64,000 bases of DNA from Lentisphaeria bacterium (GTDB taxonomy: Bacteria > Verrucomicrobiota > Lentisphaeria > JABSQK01 > JAWLHB01): NCBI GenBank assembly GCA_041690595.1, contig JAWLHB010000031.1, forward strand, positions 1 to 64,000, given 5' to 3'. The position numbers and the translations under genes are program-made. Position 1 is the stretch's first letter, and every line of letters starts with the position of its first letter. Shown one piece after another: positions 48,426-58,474 of this stretch. The notes under the pieces are model-generated. The model was not told the origin of the DNA and did not search any database. It saw nothing but the letters and a program-made list of their open reading frames with translations.

Positions 48426-49694
48426 TCAGCGCAGATTGGCAAGTTCTTCCGTTGCGATTTCCGGACTGAGCGGATAGAAGCCGTCTTGCGCGACGATGCT
48501 CTGTCCCTCGCGACTATAAACATAGGTCATGAATTCTCGCTGCATGATCGGTGTATCGCCGCTGGGAGGAATGTTAACGGTAAGATAGAGAAAACGTGCC
48601 AGCGGGTATTTGCCGCTGTAGGCGTATTCCTTTTCCGCGGGAAACTTTTCAGCTTGCGGCTCCTCCGAGAGTGGGACCGTGGCAACCTGACTGGTCTTGT
48701 ACCCAATTCCACTGTAGCCGATTCCGTAGAGATCCTGTCCAACAGACGTCACCAGCGCCTCAGATCCGACCAGTTCGCGGTTTGTTTTCCTGTAGTCGCC
48801 CTTCTTCAGGACATGGTCTTTGAAGAAGCCGTAGGTGCCAGACGCACTGTTTCGGCTGTAGACGTTGATAGGGGCATTCAGCCACTTTCCCGTCAGGCCC
48901 AGGTCGCCCCATGTGAGGATGTCCTGCTTTGCGCCACGGTTGCGGGTACTGCTGAAGATTGCGTCCAACTGCTGGAAATCCAGCCCTTGCTCGACGATGG
49001 GATTATCCGGATGCACATAGACAGCCAGAGCATCGATGGCGACGCGCATCTGCGCTGGCTCGTACCCGAATTTTGCCTTGAACTGCTCCACTTCGGAAGA
49101 TTTGATATCACGGCTCATCGGCCCGAAGTCTGACCGTCCTTCAATCAACGCAGGGGGTGCCGTGGACGATCCTTTTCCCTCATGATAGAGACGAATCGAG
49201 GGATGATGCTTCTGGAATCCCTCCTCCCAGAGCTGCATCAGCTTGTCCATGGTATCCGAACCGATAGACCGCAGTCGGCCAACAACCGCATCCCTGGGGG
49301 TATAGACGGCCAAGCCCTCGGTACCGGCGGCAGCCACCGGTTCGTCGGCGACGATAGGGACAATCTTTGCGGTGCTCTCTTCGATGGGACGAGAACGGGC
49401 GGGCGAGGCGGCAGGCGTCACGGCGACGGAAGTGCTCTTCGTGGCGATCCGATCTTGAACCATGGCATCGATCAGGCGCTCTGCGTCGACATCGGTAATC
49501 CTGCCTTCACGATGCATGGCCAGGATGATCTCGAGAGGTGTCTTTTCTTTCACTGGCGCTTCCATGCGCACAGGCGTAGAGGAGTGAGGCATGCTCCCGG
49601 TTGAAGGTGCCTGGCAGCCGACAAGATTGCCAAGCCACAGAGCGCCCGCCATAAGCACGAAACCCCATTTGCACAAACCGTTCCAGTTCGCCAT
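48426..49694 (-). CDS. pstS: PstS-family phosphate-binding lipoprotein with an extra N-terminal SHOCT-like segment
   Basis: Lipobox LVGC; GSDT, GKGSSTA, MSR, DALAVYVHPDNP, SRNSASGTYGFF, GIGYSG, YPLAR. Confidence 0.88.
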   Translation of the reverse strand: MANWNGLCKWGFVLMAGALWLGNLVGCQAPSTGSMPHSSTPVRMEAPVKEKTPLEIILAMHREGRITDVDAERLIDAMVQDRIATKSTSVAVTPAASPARSRPIEESTAKIVPIVADEPVAAAGTEGLAVYTPRDAVVGRLRSIGSDTMDKLMQLWEEGFQKHHPSIRLYHEGKGSSTAPPALIEGRSDFGPMSRDIKSSEVEQFKAKFGYEPAQMRVAIDALAVYVHPDNPIVEQGLDFQQLDAIFSSTRNRGAKQDILTWGDLGLTGKWLNAPINVYSRNSASGTYGFFKDHVLKKGDYRKTNRELVGSEALVTSVGQDLYGIGYSGIGYKTSQVATVPLSEEPQAEKFPAEKEYAYSGKYPLARFLYLTVNIPPSGDTPIMQREFMTYVYSREGQSIVAQDGFYPLSPEIATEELANLR

Positions 49695-49716
49695 CTTCAA
49701 TCCCCTTTGTTTACGA

Positions 49717-52700
49717 TTAACGTTCCACCTCGGCAGCTTCCAGTACCACTCTGAACCCGATGTAGTTTGCACCTACAGTCGGCATCTGTTCCCAGCGATT
49801 GGCCGCGCGGGCCATGGCCGCGTCATCCACCCAGGACCCCCCTCGCAATACACGCGTTGCGAGGTCGACTCGCTCTCCCGCGCCATCAGGTCCCCGCGGG
49901 TCGACAACATCGCCTTCCGGATAGGGAGCAGCCCAGTTCGCGCACCACTCCCACAGATTGCCATGCATGTCGTTGAGTCTCCATGCGTTGGCGGGCTCGA
50001 AACTGCCAACCGCTTTGGGGCCGTCGGCGTTCTGTACACCTGGGAGGTAGACATTTGCCTGGCCTGGCTGCAGCTTGGTTCCCGTGTAGAAGGCGCTCCG
50101 GGTGCCGGCTCGACAGGCATACTCCCATTCTGCTTCGGTCGGCAAACGGTAGCGCTTGCCATCCTGCTTGCTGAGGCGCTCGCAGAAGAGTCTGGCCTCA
50201 TACCAGGTAACCGTGTGTTTGGGGAGATTGGGGGCGATGAAGCCCTTGGCCACATCATTGGGATGAACTCCCTGAACAGGGGTGTAGTCCTTCCCCATCA
50301 CGTCGTCCCACTGGCGTTGGGTCACTTCGTTGACCGACATGAAGAAGCCGTGAGAGATGGTAACCTTATGCGGGATCTCGTCGGAATCACGTGCCGGCTC
50401 ATCGGCTGGGCTGCCCATGACAAAGGTGCCTGGGGGTACGAAAGCCAGAGTTATGCCAACGCTATTGGAGTGCAAGTCGCCGGGCTTGAAGCGGTGATTG
50501 CTGCGCAACAGGCGGCGCAAAACCTCCGCCTCTGCATGGTCGGGTGCCAGGGTCAGCACTTTTTCGGCGAAGGAGAGAGCGAGGGAAGGCTGCTGCTGTG
50601 CATGGAAAGCGCCGGCTGACTTCCAGCAAACGTCCAGCGCGTCGTCGCGTGCTTTGGGGAGCTTCTCACGAGCTTGCCGCCACATGTCCGCCTCTTCCTC
50701 ATGCCTGTTTTCGCGGTTGGACGCCTCCGCGGTTTGAATCAAGGCAGCGATCTGGCCCCACTCCTTCCCGGCATGGGCGCGGACTACCTCCAGTGCCTCC
50801 GGCGAAAGAGCAGAGTGAAAACGCGACCTCGCCGCCTTGGAGGCTGCCTTATGATAGAGAGCCGCTGCTTCACGATATGCTGTGTTCGCAGCCGTGAGTT
50901 CTTCCTTCCTGATGAACTGATCAGCCTCGGCCATGCGGGTGAAAGCTTCTCCAAAGGTGTCTGGGGCGACCTCGGCTGCGGCGTGCGTCTCAGCAGACCG
51001 GGCTGCGCCCCTTGCCTGGGCCTGTGCCGCGAACGTCTGCTCTCGCAGCCGGATCAGGGCCTGCATGGCCGGAAGCGTCGACAGGGCCTCCCGGTAGGCG
51101 AGTTCTGCTTCGCGGTACTTGCGGTCACTCAAGGCGCTCTCGGCCTTCTGAAACGCAGTCTGGAATGCATGGACAGCAGCCCCTACGCCAAATTCCGGGG
51201 TTATCTTCTTCAGTTGATCCCGTGCCTGTTCTGCCTCCACCGCATCGTGGTGAAGACGGTTCTCGAACAATCCAGCCAAGAGTTGTTCGCCATCTACCGG
51301 GTATAGCGAGGCATCGACAACGGCCGCCTGCCCTTGGTGGCTGGCCAACCATGCGGCCAGAGCGTACATCGGCAAGGTGCGCTTCTCGGAAGCGGGCATC
51401 AGCGCCAATTCCTGTATGATCGGTTGCTTGCCCAAAGCGGCAAAGTCTGGATCTTCGTTTCCGTCAGACGCCAAAGGTGCAGTTGGAATATCCGCCAAGG
51501 CGAGGAAACCGATGCCGGCGGGGTCTTCCATAAGCCGCTGGGCAAGTGCCGCTGGACTTGAGACTATCGTGCAGGTGTCGGCAAGCTTTCCGCCGCCAAG
51601 GACAATCGCGGAAAAGGTGAGAGCAATCTCGGTCCGCGGTCCAGGGCCATAGGTGTTTACCGGCAAGTCGGCGAAAGAGCTGTCAGCACCGAGTCCTCTC
51701 CACGTCAACGTTTCTGCTTCAGTCTCAGGTGCCGCAAACACCGAGGCGAGTTGGGAAACGGTGAGTTGTGTCGTTGAGATTGGATTTCCCGGCGACATGA
51801 CCGCCACCACGGCACGTCGGCCAACGACCATTGGCGGGTTTTGCGCGGCCGGTGGATCCATGGACTGCCAAATCAGGTGGAAATCCAACTCCGTTCCGTC
51901 AGCGGTCACGATCTCAGCCTGCACGTCGGGATGCGCTTGACAGAAGGTGTCCAGCAATCTCTGGAGAGCGTTTGTGAGTTCGGGAATGGCAGCCACCCGC
52001 AAGCTTCCGTTGATTGTCTTGGCGGGTGGCCAGTACTCAGGCAACGTTGTGCGTAATGCCGGCGGGCGGGTTGGCCATGCCGGGGGGGACTGGGGGGCCG
52101 CGACGGGTGGCGCAGGTGTTCGACGGGTGGTCTTGGGTGTCTGACGGATCATACCCATGAGGCGATCCTGGTAGATCCACCCAACCGCCAGGGTGCCTGC
52201 CAGCACCGTCAGTGAAGCGATAAGTGCCAGCGGGACCAGGCGGGATTGTCGGTGCGGCGGGGTCGTTTCCCCTTCGGCGGCACTTCCATCGGTCACTGGT
52301 TCGCCACTGCCAGGTATCGAATCCATGGGATGCGGTCGCGCCATGAGATCATCGGTCGAAAGTCGGTCCGGCACCGCAATCTCCTCGAAATGGTCAGCCT
52401 CCGCAGCTTCCGAATCCTTGTCTTGCTTGGCTTCGACCTTCCGGAGCACCCGCAGTTGAGGGCGCCCCTCCGCTCGGTGGCGGTACAGATTGATAGAGGC
52501 AGAGCCCCCGACAGAGGTGTCGGAGCACTGCTCGATGGCTTTAGCCAGATTGGCATGCAAAGCCTCGAAATCCGCATACCGATCCTCCGGCCTTCTTGCC
52601 AACATGGTATCGATAACCTGGCAAAGCTTGTGGGGCAGATCTGGCGTATGGATATTGGCCGGAATCGGTCGTTCCTCCAGGTGCTTGGCCGCGGTATCCT

Positions 52701-53523
52701 CAAGAGAGCTGCCGACAAATGGACATTTGCCGGTCACACACATGTAGAGGACGGCCCCCAAGCTGTACATATCCCCGCGATAGTCCATCGGAGCGCCAAG
52801 CACCTGTTCCGGACACATGAAGTGAGGGCTGCCGACCATGACATCCTTGCCACGTTCATCCGTATCATGGGCGTGCCGGGCCAGTCCAAGATCGGCAAGC
52901 TTGGCGGAACCGTCGTCCATCAACATGATATTCTCGGGTTTGACATCGCGATGGACCAGTCGCGCTTTCTTCCACGCGTGTTCAAGGGCTTCGGCGATTT
53001 GCTGGATAATCCCGATGGCAGCGCCGGGCGGCAACTTCCAGCGCTCGTTCAGGAGGGTGCGAAGCGTCTTTCCCTCCACATATTCCATCGCGTAGTAGTA
53101 AACCCCTTCCTCTTCCCCCACGGCATAGCACTGCACAATGTTCGGATGGTTGAGTTTGGCAGCGAGACGTGCTTCCTTGAGCAACTCGTCGATGCCATCC
53201 GACTCGTCCGGATTGCTATGCTCATACAGAATCTTCAGGGCACACGTGCGATCGAGGGATTTCTGGTATGCCTTGAAGACCATCCCCATACCGCCACGTC
53301 CCAGAATCTGCCGCAGAATGAAGTCGCCGACGACCACCCCCGGCGCGAATCGCGTCTTCGGAACGATCATGTACTCCTTGCAGTTCAAACACTGGATGGG
53401 TCTTCCCGCCATGGCTGATGGCGCAGCGGTCGTTTCGCCACAGTCGTCGCAGAAGAGTTGCATCGTGGGGTTCACAATAACAAACTCCCGCTTCTTTTCG
53501 GCGTCCAAATATCCTGCCGACAT
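49717..53523 (-). CDS. Membrane Ser/Thr kinase: Zn-ribbon, Hanks kinase, TM, PstS-like domain, helical region, FGE-sulfatase (SUMF1) domain
   Basis: CDDC/CLNC; LGRGGMG, ALK, HRDVKPEN, DLG, GSPHFMCPE; TM LVPLALIASLTVLAGTLAVGWIY; EVTQ, RLPTEAEWEYACRAG, DMHGNLWEW, RGGSW, GFRV. Confidence 0.9.
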   Translation of the reverse strand: MSAGYLDAEKKREFVIVNPTMQLFCDDCGETTAAPSAMAGRPIQCLNCKEYMIVPKTRFAPGVVVGDFILRQILGRGGMGMVFKAYQKSLDRTCALKILYEHSNPDESDGIDELLKEARLAAKLNHPNIVQCYAVGEEEGVYYYAMEYVEGKTLRTLLNERWKLPPGAAIGIIQQIAEALEHAWKKARLVHRDVKPENIMLMDDGSAKLADLGLARHAHDTDERGKDVMVGSPHFMCPEQVLGAPMDYRGDMYSLGAVLYMCVTGKCPFVGSSLEDTAAKHLEERPIPANIHTPDLPHKLCQVIDTMLARRPEDRYADFEALHANLAKAIEQCSDTSVGGSASINLYRHRAEGRPQLRVLRKVEAKQDKDSEAAEADHFEEIAVPDRLSTDDLMARPHPMDSIPGSGEPVTDGSAAEGETTPPHRQSRLVPLALIASLTVLAGTLAVGWIYQDRLMGMIRQTPKTTRRTPAPPVAAPQSPPAWPTRPPALRTTLPEYWPPAKTINGSLRVAAIPELTNALQRLLDTFCQAHPDVQAEIVTADGTELDFHLIWQSMDPPAAQNPPMVVGRRAVVAVMSPGNPISTTQLTVSQLASVFAAPETEAETLTWRGLGADSSFADLPVNTYGPGPRTEIALTFSAIVLGGGKLADTCTIVSSPAALAQRLMEDPAGIGFLALADIPTAPLASDGNEDPDFAALGKQPIIQELALMPASEKRTLPMYALAAWLASHQGQAAVVDASLYPVDGEQLLAGLFENRLHHDAVEAEQARDQLKKITPEFGVGAAVHAFQTAFQKAESALSDRKYREAELAYREALSTLPAMQALIRLREQTFAAQAQARGAARSAETHAAAEVAPDTFGEAFTRMAEADQFIRKEELTAANTAYREAAALYHKAASKAARSRFHSALSPEALEVVRAHAGKEWGQIAALIQTAEASNRENRHEEEADMWRQAREKLPKARDDALDVCWKSAGAFHAQQQPSLALSFAEKVLTLAPDHAEAEVLRRLLRSNHRFKPGDLHSNSVGITLAFVPPGTFVMGSPADEPARDSDEIPHKVTISHGFFMSVNEVTQRQWDDVMGKDYTPVQGVHPNDVAKGFIAPNLPKHTVTWYEARLFCERLSKQDGKRYRLPTEAEWEYACRAGTRSAFYTGTKLQPGQANVYLPGVQNADGPKAVGSFEPANAWRLNDMHGNLWEWCANWAAPYPEGDVVDPRGPDGAGERVDLATRVLRGGSWVDDAAMARAANRWEQMPTVGANYIGFRVVLEAAEVER

Positions 53524-53763
53524 GCCTGCTTCTCCCCGGTTCTGAGTGTCCACGTGCGGAGTTTACAAGAATTCTCCGCATTGGTTCCTGTCCCCTTCAT
53601 AGAATAGAGCGGGCCCCGGATGCCAACAGCGCTCTGCCATTAGGCTTTCATGAGGTTGTCGTTATGGCGCGAGCTGCAGGCGCGGCGGCAAGCGGCTTGA
53701 CAAGGGGCAGGACCTCGCGTTCAGTATGTCGCACTATCAACAACCTGAGGATGGATGTGTACT

Positions 53764-54405
53764 ATGGATGGACTCTGGCTCGAGCGTAACGACAAGATCG
53801 TTTTCATGGGGGACAGCATCACGGACTGCGGGCGCAACAGCGAGGCGCACCGCCCTTTCGGCGCCGGCTACGTCGCGACGATTCGCAATCTGCTGCTTGC
53901 CCGTTACCCCGGGCATGATTTCACCATCGTCAACAATGGTATCTCGGGCAACACGATCCGGGATCTGAAGGCGCGCTGGGAGGCCGATGCGATTGCGCCT
54001 CAGCCGGATCTGCTTTCGGTGAAGATCGGGATCAACGATGTGTGGCGCTTTGTCGCCAATCGCATCGATCAGGCGGTGCCGCTGGACGAGTTTGAAGCGA
54101 CCTATCGGGAGCTGCTGCGGAGCGCGCGGGAGCATACGAAGGCGCGGCTGATCCTGATGGAGCCGTACGTCCTCGAACTCGACGCCTCCGACCATTTCCG
54201 CAAGCTCATGAACACGTATATTCCGGTGGTGGCCAAGCTTGCCAAGGAGTTCGACGCCAGACTGGTGCGCACGCAGGCGGCCTTCGACACCGTCATGTCC
54301 ATGCAGCCGAGTTCCTTCTGGGCCGGCGATCGCGTGCATCCGGGAGGCCCCGGCCATGCCGTCATGGCGCGCGCCTGGCTGAAGGAAGTCGGCTACGAAT
54401 TCTGA
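53764..54405 (+). CDS. SGNH/GDSL hydrolase (carbohydrate esterase-like)
   Basis: FMGDSITD, NNGISGN, IGIND, DRVHP. Confidence 0.9.
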   Translation: MDGLWLERNDKIVFMGDSITDCGRNSEAHRPFGAGYVATIRNLLLARYPGHDFTIVNNGISGNTIRDLKARWEADAIAPQPDLLSVKIGINDVWRFVANRIDQAVPLDEFEATYRELLRSAREHTKARLILMEPYVLELDASDHFRKLMNTYIPVVAKLAKEFDARLVRTQAAFDTVMSMQPSSFWAGDRVHPGGPGHAVMARAWLKEVGYEF

Positions 54406-54464
54406 TCGTGACGCTTCTCTCACCGGAAGTTGCCACTCCACCCCATTTTGTGTATAGTTCAACC

Positions 54465-54926
54465 ATGTCTGACTTTACCCATTATTCGACCAAGACCTTC
54501 ACGGGCTTGCCGTGCGCCCATCGTCAGTGGCGCGATACGGGCCACTGCCGCTTCATCCATGGATACGAGCGAACCGTCATCTTCACCTTCGCCTGCGAGA
54601 AGCTGGACGAGAAGGGCTGGGTGGTCGATTTCGGTAACCTGAAGGATGTGCGGGCCTGGCTGGAAGAGTTGATGGATCACACGCTGTTGATCAACGCCGA
54701 CGATCCCGAGCTGCCTCTCTTTCGGGAGATGCATGAGCGGGGAATCGTCGACTTACGCATTCTGCCAAGCGTCGGAATGGAGGGCACGGCCCGTTATGTA
54801 TTCGAGCATGTCGACACGATGATCCGTGAGAAAACCGGCGATCGCTGCCGGGTGGTGCGGGTGGAGTGTCGCGAGAACATGAAGAACTCAGGGATCTGTG
54901 AACGACGGGAAGAGCGCCCATCGTGA
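54465..54926 (+). CDS. queD: 6-carboxytetrahydropterin synthase (QueD/PTPS family)
   Basis: CAHRQW...HCRFIHGY, WVVDFG.LK, DHTLL, GME, E..KNS. Confidence 0.85.
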   Translation: MSDFTHYSTKTFTGLPCAHRQWRDTGHCRFIHGYERTVIFTFACEKLDEKGWVVDFGNLKDVRAWLEELMDHTLLINADDPELPLFREMHERGIVDLRILPSVGMEGTARYVFEHVDTMIREKTGDRCRVVRVECRENMKNSGICERREERPS

Positions 54927-54984
54927 CGGCGATGCCTGACCTTGCACATCAGTTTCAACCGCCGACTGTTACGGAGTGTTTTCC

Positions 54985-57255
54985 ATGCGTTTTCCTGCCA
55001 CCATCTTCGGGCTTTTTCTCCTTGTGTCCATCGCAGTTCGTGGAGCCGACACCGTGAAGTTGACCGAGAATGGCCAGGCCGCGGCCGCTATCGTGCTGCC
55101 GGTTGAACCGACGGAGATCGAACGCCAGACGGCGGATGAGCTGGTGGCGGCCATCGCCCGAATGAGCGGCGCGACGCTGCCGGTGGCGACGCAAGCCACC
55201 GCGGGGTTGCTGCCAATCCATATCGGCAGTGCCGCACCCGCGACGTTGCTGGACGCGGTGCGCGGGGTATCGGAGCGCGCCGGGAGCTTCATCCTGCGGG
55301 TCACGCCGGAGCGGATCGATCTGCACGGGCTTGGCGATGGTGTCTACTACGCTTCGAGCGAGCTGCTTGAACAGCTCGGCATGCGCTGGTTCATGCCGGG
55401 TGAACTGGGGACGGTTATCCCGGAAGCCCCGACTCTGGCGCTGGAAACGCAGACGACGATCCAGGCGCCGGGCTTTGTCGGGCGACATTTTCAGATGCAG
55501 CATGTGGACTGGCAGAAGCGGTTGCGCTGCGGCGGCCCGAACTTCCCGGCGGCCCATGGTCTGGGCCCTCTCTCGCACCCGCGTACCAGCAAGCAGTACT
55601 TCGAGGAGCATCCGGAGTACTATGCGGAGATCGACGGCAAGCGGGTGCTGCGGCAGCACTGCGTGAGCAACCCCGAGGTAGTGGGGATAGTCGTGGAACA
55701 CGTGAAGCAGTTTTTCCGCAAACGGCCGGAGGCGGAGGTCATCGGGCTGGGGCCGAACGACGGAGCGGGCTTCTGTGAATGCAGCGAATGCACCGCTTTG
55801 GACAGTGGAGACTATGACGCCTTCTCGGGTGAAGGCAGCGTCACCGACCGGTATGTGTGGTTTTTCAATCAGGTGCTGGCAGGGATCGAGGATGAGTTTC
55901 CGGACAAGAAGATCGGCTTTTACATTTACCACAACTACATGCGTCCGCCGCAGAAAGTGAAGCCGGATCCGCGCATTACGGGGGCTCTGGCGCCCATAGC
56001 GCTCTGCCGCATCCATGGTCCGCGCAACCCGATTTGCCCGGAGAAACAGTACTACGAATGGCTGGCGATGGAGTGGGGCAAGATCATGCCGGAGCTTTGG
56101 GAGCGTGGCTACTGGAGCAACCTGGCCTGCCCCGGGTTCCCCTTCATCATCGTGCACCGGCTGCGCGAGCAGATCCCGATGGGGCGCGACGCCGGCATCT
56201 ACGGCTGGCGCGTGGAGACCTTTCCGCATTGGGGAACGCAGCTTCCGAGCATGTACATCGCGGCGAAGCTCATGTGGAATCCGGATGCCGATGTCGATGC
56301 GCTGCTGGCGGATTTCGCCTCCAGCTTCTTTGGCCCTGCAGCTGAGCCGATGGCAGCCTATATCGACCTCATGAACGGGAGCTTGCGCGACGGCGACTTT
56401 CATGCGGGATGCGCCTGGGACTTTCCCCTGCTTTATCCGGCGGAGGTGCGTCGCGAAGCACGGGGCTATCTGGAGCAGGCGGCAGGCAGGGTTGCCGCCG
56501 ATTCCATCCATGGGCGCCGCGTCTCGATGCTGACGGAGACGCTCGATATGCTCGACCACTTCATCGCCATGATGGATGCGCGCGTGGTGGTGGATCTGCC
56601 CGCCGCTCAGGCAGCCCTCGAACGGCTGGATGCGACCGCCGAGAAGCTTCTCGCGTATGAACCGCCCATGGTGGGCAAGACCATGTATACCAACTACATG
56701 CGCCGCTTCTACCGGCATGCCACCGAACAGGGGAGCGCGCGGGTAACGAATGGCAACCGACTCCTCGCGGCCTGCGAGGACGAGTGGGATTTCCTTCTCG
56801 ACCCGGACAGCCTCGGCATCGATCTCGGCTACTACAAGGATACGCTGACCGGCGGCAACTGGCAGCGGATCAAGAGCAGCAGCGCCTCCTGGAGTGCCCA
56901 GGGGCTGCGCTACTACAAGGGCATGGCCTGGTACAGGCAGGTTGTGGAGGTGCCGGCCGACGCTGTCGGTCAGCGCGTCTTCCTCTGGTGCGGCGGCGTT
57001 GACGAGCTGGCCAAAGTCTGGCTCAACGGCAAGGAAGCGGGCATCAGCCATGGCGCCTCCTTCTATCCCTTCGAGATCGATGTCACCGAGTTGGTCAAAG
57101 CGGGGGAGAACACCCTCGTCATAGCCGTCAGCAACAAGGTGGTCAACGAGTTGGGAACGGGCGGCATTGTCGCGCCAGTCATCCTCTATGCTCCCAAGGC
57201 GGGCGCCGACGCCCAGCTCGAGAACGTCCGCGATCTGCGCCCAACCTTTCCCTGA
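54985..57255 (+). CDS. Secreted DUF4838-like protein with C-terminal GH2-type sugar-binding domain
   Basis: Signal peptide; GH20/67-like N-domain (LLEQLGMRWFMPG), HPEYYA..CVSNP, PNDG..CEC..C; C-terminal GMAWYRQ..GGVDELAKVWLNG..GENTLVIAV. Confidence 0.75.
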   Translation: MRFPATIFGLFLLVSIAVRGADTVKLTENGQAAAAIVLPVEPTEIERQTADELVAAIARMSGATLPVATQATAGLLPIHIGSAAPATLLDAVRGVSERAGSFILRVTPERIDLHGLGDGVYYASSELLEQLGMRWFMPGELGTVIPEAPTLALETQTTIQAPGFVGRHFQMQHVDWQKRLRCGGPNFPAAHGLGPLSHPRTSKQYFEEHPEYYAEIDGKRVLRQHCVSNPEVVGIVVEHVKQFFRKRPEAEVIGLGPNDGAGFCECSECTALDSGDYDAFSGEGSVTDRYVWFFNQVLAGIEDEFPDKKIGFYIYHNYMRPPQKVKPDPRITGALAPIALCRIHGPRNPICPEKQYYEWLAMEWGKIMPELWERGYWSNLACPGFPFIIVHRLREQIPMGRDAGIYGWRVETFPHWGTQLPSMYIAAKLMWNPDADVDALLADFASSFFGPAAEPMAAYIDLMNGSLRDGDFHAGCAWDFPLLYPAEVRREARGYLEQAAGRVAADSIHGRRVSMLTETLDMLDHFIAMMDARVVVDLPAAQAALERLDATAEKLLAYEPPMVGKTMYTNYMRRFYRHATEQGSARVTNGNRLLAACEDEWDFLLDPDSLGIDLGYYKDTLTGGNWQRIKSSSASWSAQGLRYYKGMAWYRQVVEVPADAVGQRVFLWCGGVDELAKVWLNGKEAGISHGASFYPFEIDVTELVKAGENTLVIAVSNKVVNELGTGGIVAPVILYAPKAGADAQLENVRDLRPTFP

Positions 57256-57303
57256 GCCGGCTATCGTGGTGCGCCCGCTTCTGGAAAAGGTCAGGAGCGA
57301 GGT

Positions 57304-57332
57304 TTGACGCGTCGTCGCGGGCAGCATATATT
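57304..57332 (+). promoter_or_regulatory. Putative sigma70 promoter (near-leaderless GntR transcript)
   Basis: TTGACG, 17-nt spacer, TATATT; the ATG lies 10 nt downstream with no RBS. Confidence 0.55.
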
Positions 57333-57342
57333 TGCGCTACAT

Positions 57343-58434
57343 ATGATTACACCTCATCCATCGATCGGGGTACGTCGGCACGCGGTGCCGAAGCACCGTC
57401 AGGTGACGATGCAGATGCGTGAACTGATTCTCGGCGGCACCTTGGCGCCGGGAAGCACGCTGCCCACAATGCATCAGTTGGCCGAGCAGTTCAGCACCAG
57501 CTATTTCACGATCCAGACGGCGCTGACGCCGCTGGTGGAGGAGGGGTTGCTCGAGCGCCGACGGCGTACGGGAACGACGGTGCGCCGGCATCCGATCGGG
57601 CTTTCGTGTGCGGCCATCTATGGCAGTTCGGGCTTTCTGGATACCACCCAGGACGGCTTTTCGCGTGAACTCTGCCGTCACCTGCACCTGCAACTGGCCG
57701 CACAGGATGTGCGTACGGAAGCCTTTCTGGACACTCGCCCACCGGCGGCGATGGGGCGACCGCTGCCCGCCCTCGTGCAGGCCGTCGAGGATCGCGTTGT
57801 ACAGGCTGTCATCGTGCCTCGCTGCGACCAGGTGACGCTGCCGTGGCTCCGCCGCCTGCCTGTGGTCACCGCGTTTGCCACCAGCGCCCAGATCCCCAAT
57901 CGCGTCGCCTTCGACCACGCCCAGATGTTGCGCCTTGGGCTGGAGCGGTTGCGGGAAGGGGGCTGCAGTCGAGTCGGGCTGATCAGTTCCATTCAGAATC
58001 CGCATCGTGACCCAGAAGGTATGGAAGCGCGTTTTCATGAGGCTTTCGTAACGACGCTACGCGATCTGAAGCTTGAGACGCGCGATGCGTGGATCCGGGT
58101 GCCGCGCGAGTGGCAGCCACGCATCGAGCTATACGGCTATGAGCAGTTTCACGCTCTCTGGCGGCAGCCGGAGCGGCCACAGGGGGTGCTGGTCTATCCA
58201 GACGTGACGGCTCGCGGGGTGCTGACGGCGGCGCTGGAACGTAATGTGCGAGTGCCCGAGGAGATGCGCATGGTTTTTCATCGTAACGTGGGGATAGACT
58301 TCGTCTGTCCGCTGTCCGTGGATTGGGTGGAGTCGGATGTAGCCGCTTGTGCGGGAGCCTTGATCGAGCAGGTGCACCTCCAGAAGCGGGGGAGCGAGGT
58401 CCAGGAGATCATCCTTCCTCACCACCTTTGCTGA
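57343..58434 (+). CDS. GntR-family regulator with LacI-like effector domain
   Basis: LPTMHQLAEQFSTSYFTIQTAL..L.EEGLLERRRRTGT; RVPEEM. Confidence 0.85.
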   Translation: MITPHPSIGVRRHAVPKHRQVTMQMRELILGGTLAPGSTLPTMHQLAEQFSTSYFTIQTALTPLVEEGLLERRRRTGTTVRRHPIGLSCAAIYGSSGFLDTTQDGFSRELCRHLHLQLAAQDVRTEAFLDTRPPAAMGRPLPALVQAVEDRVVQAVIVPRCDQVTLPWLRRLPVVTAFATSAQIPNRVAFDHAQMLRLGLERLREGGCSRVGLISSIQNPHRDPEGMEARFHEAFVTTLRDLKLETRDAWIRVPREWQPRIELYGYEQFHALWRQPERPQGVLVYPDVTARGVLTAALERNVRVPEEMRMVFHRNVGIDFVCPLSVDWVESDVAACAGALIEQVHLQKRGSEVQEIILPHHLC

Positions 58435-58474
58435 GCCGGATTTCTTTCTTAACCCGTAAATCGTGGAGACCCAC

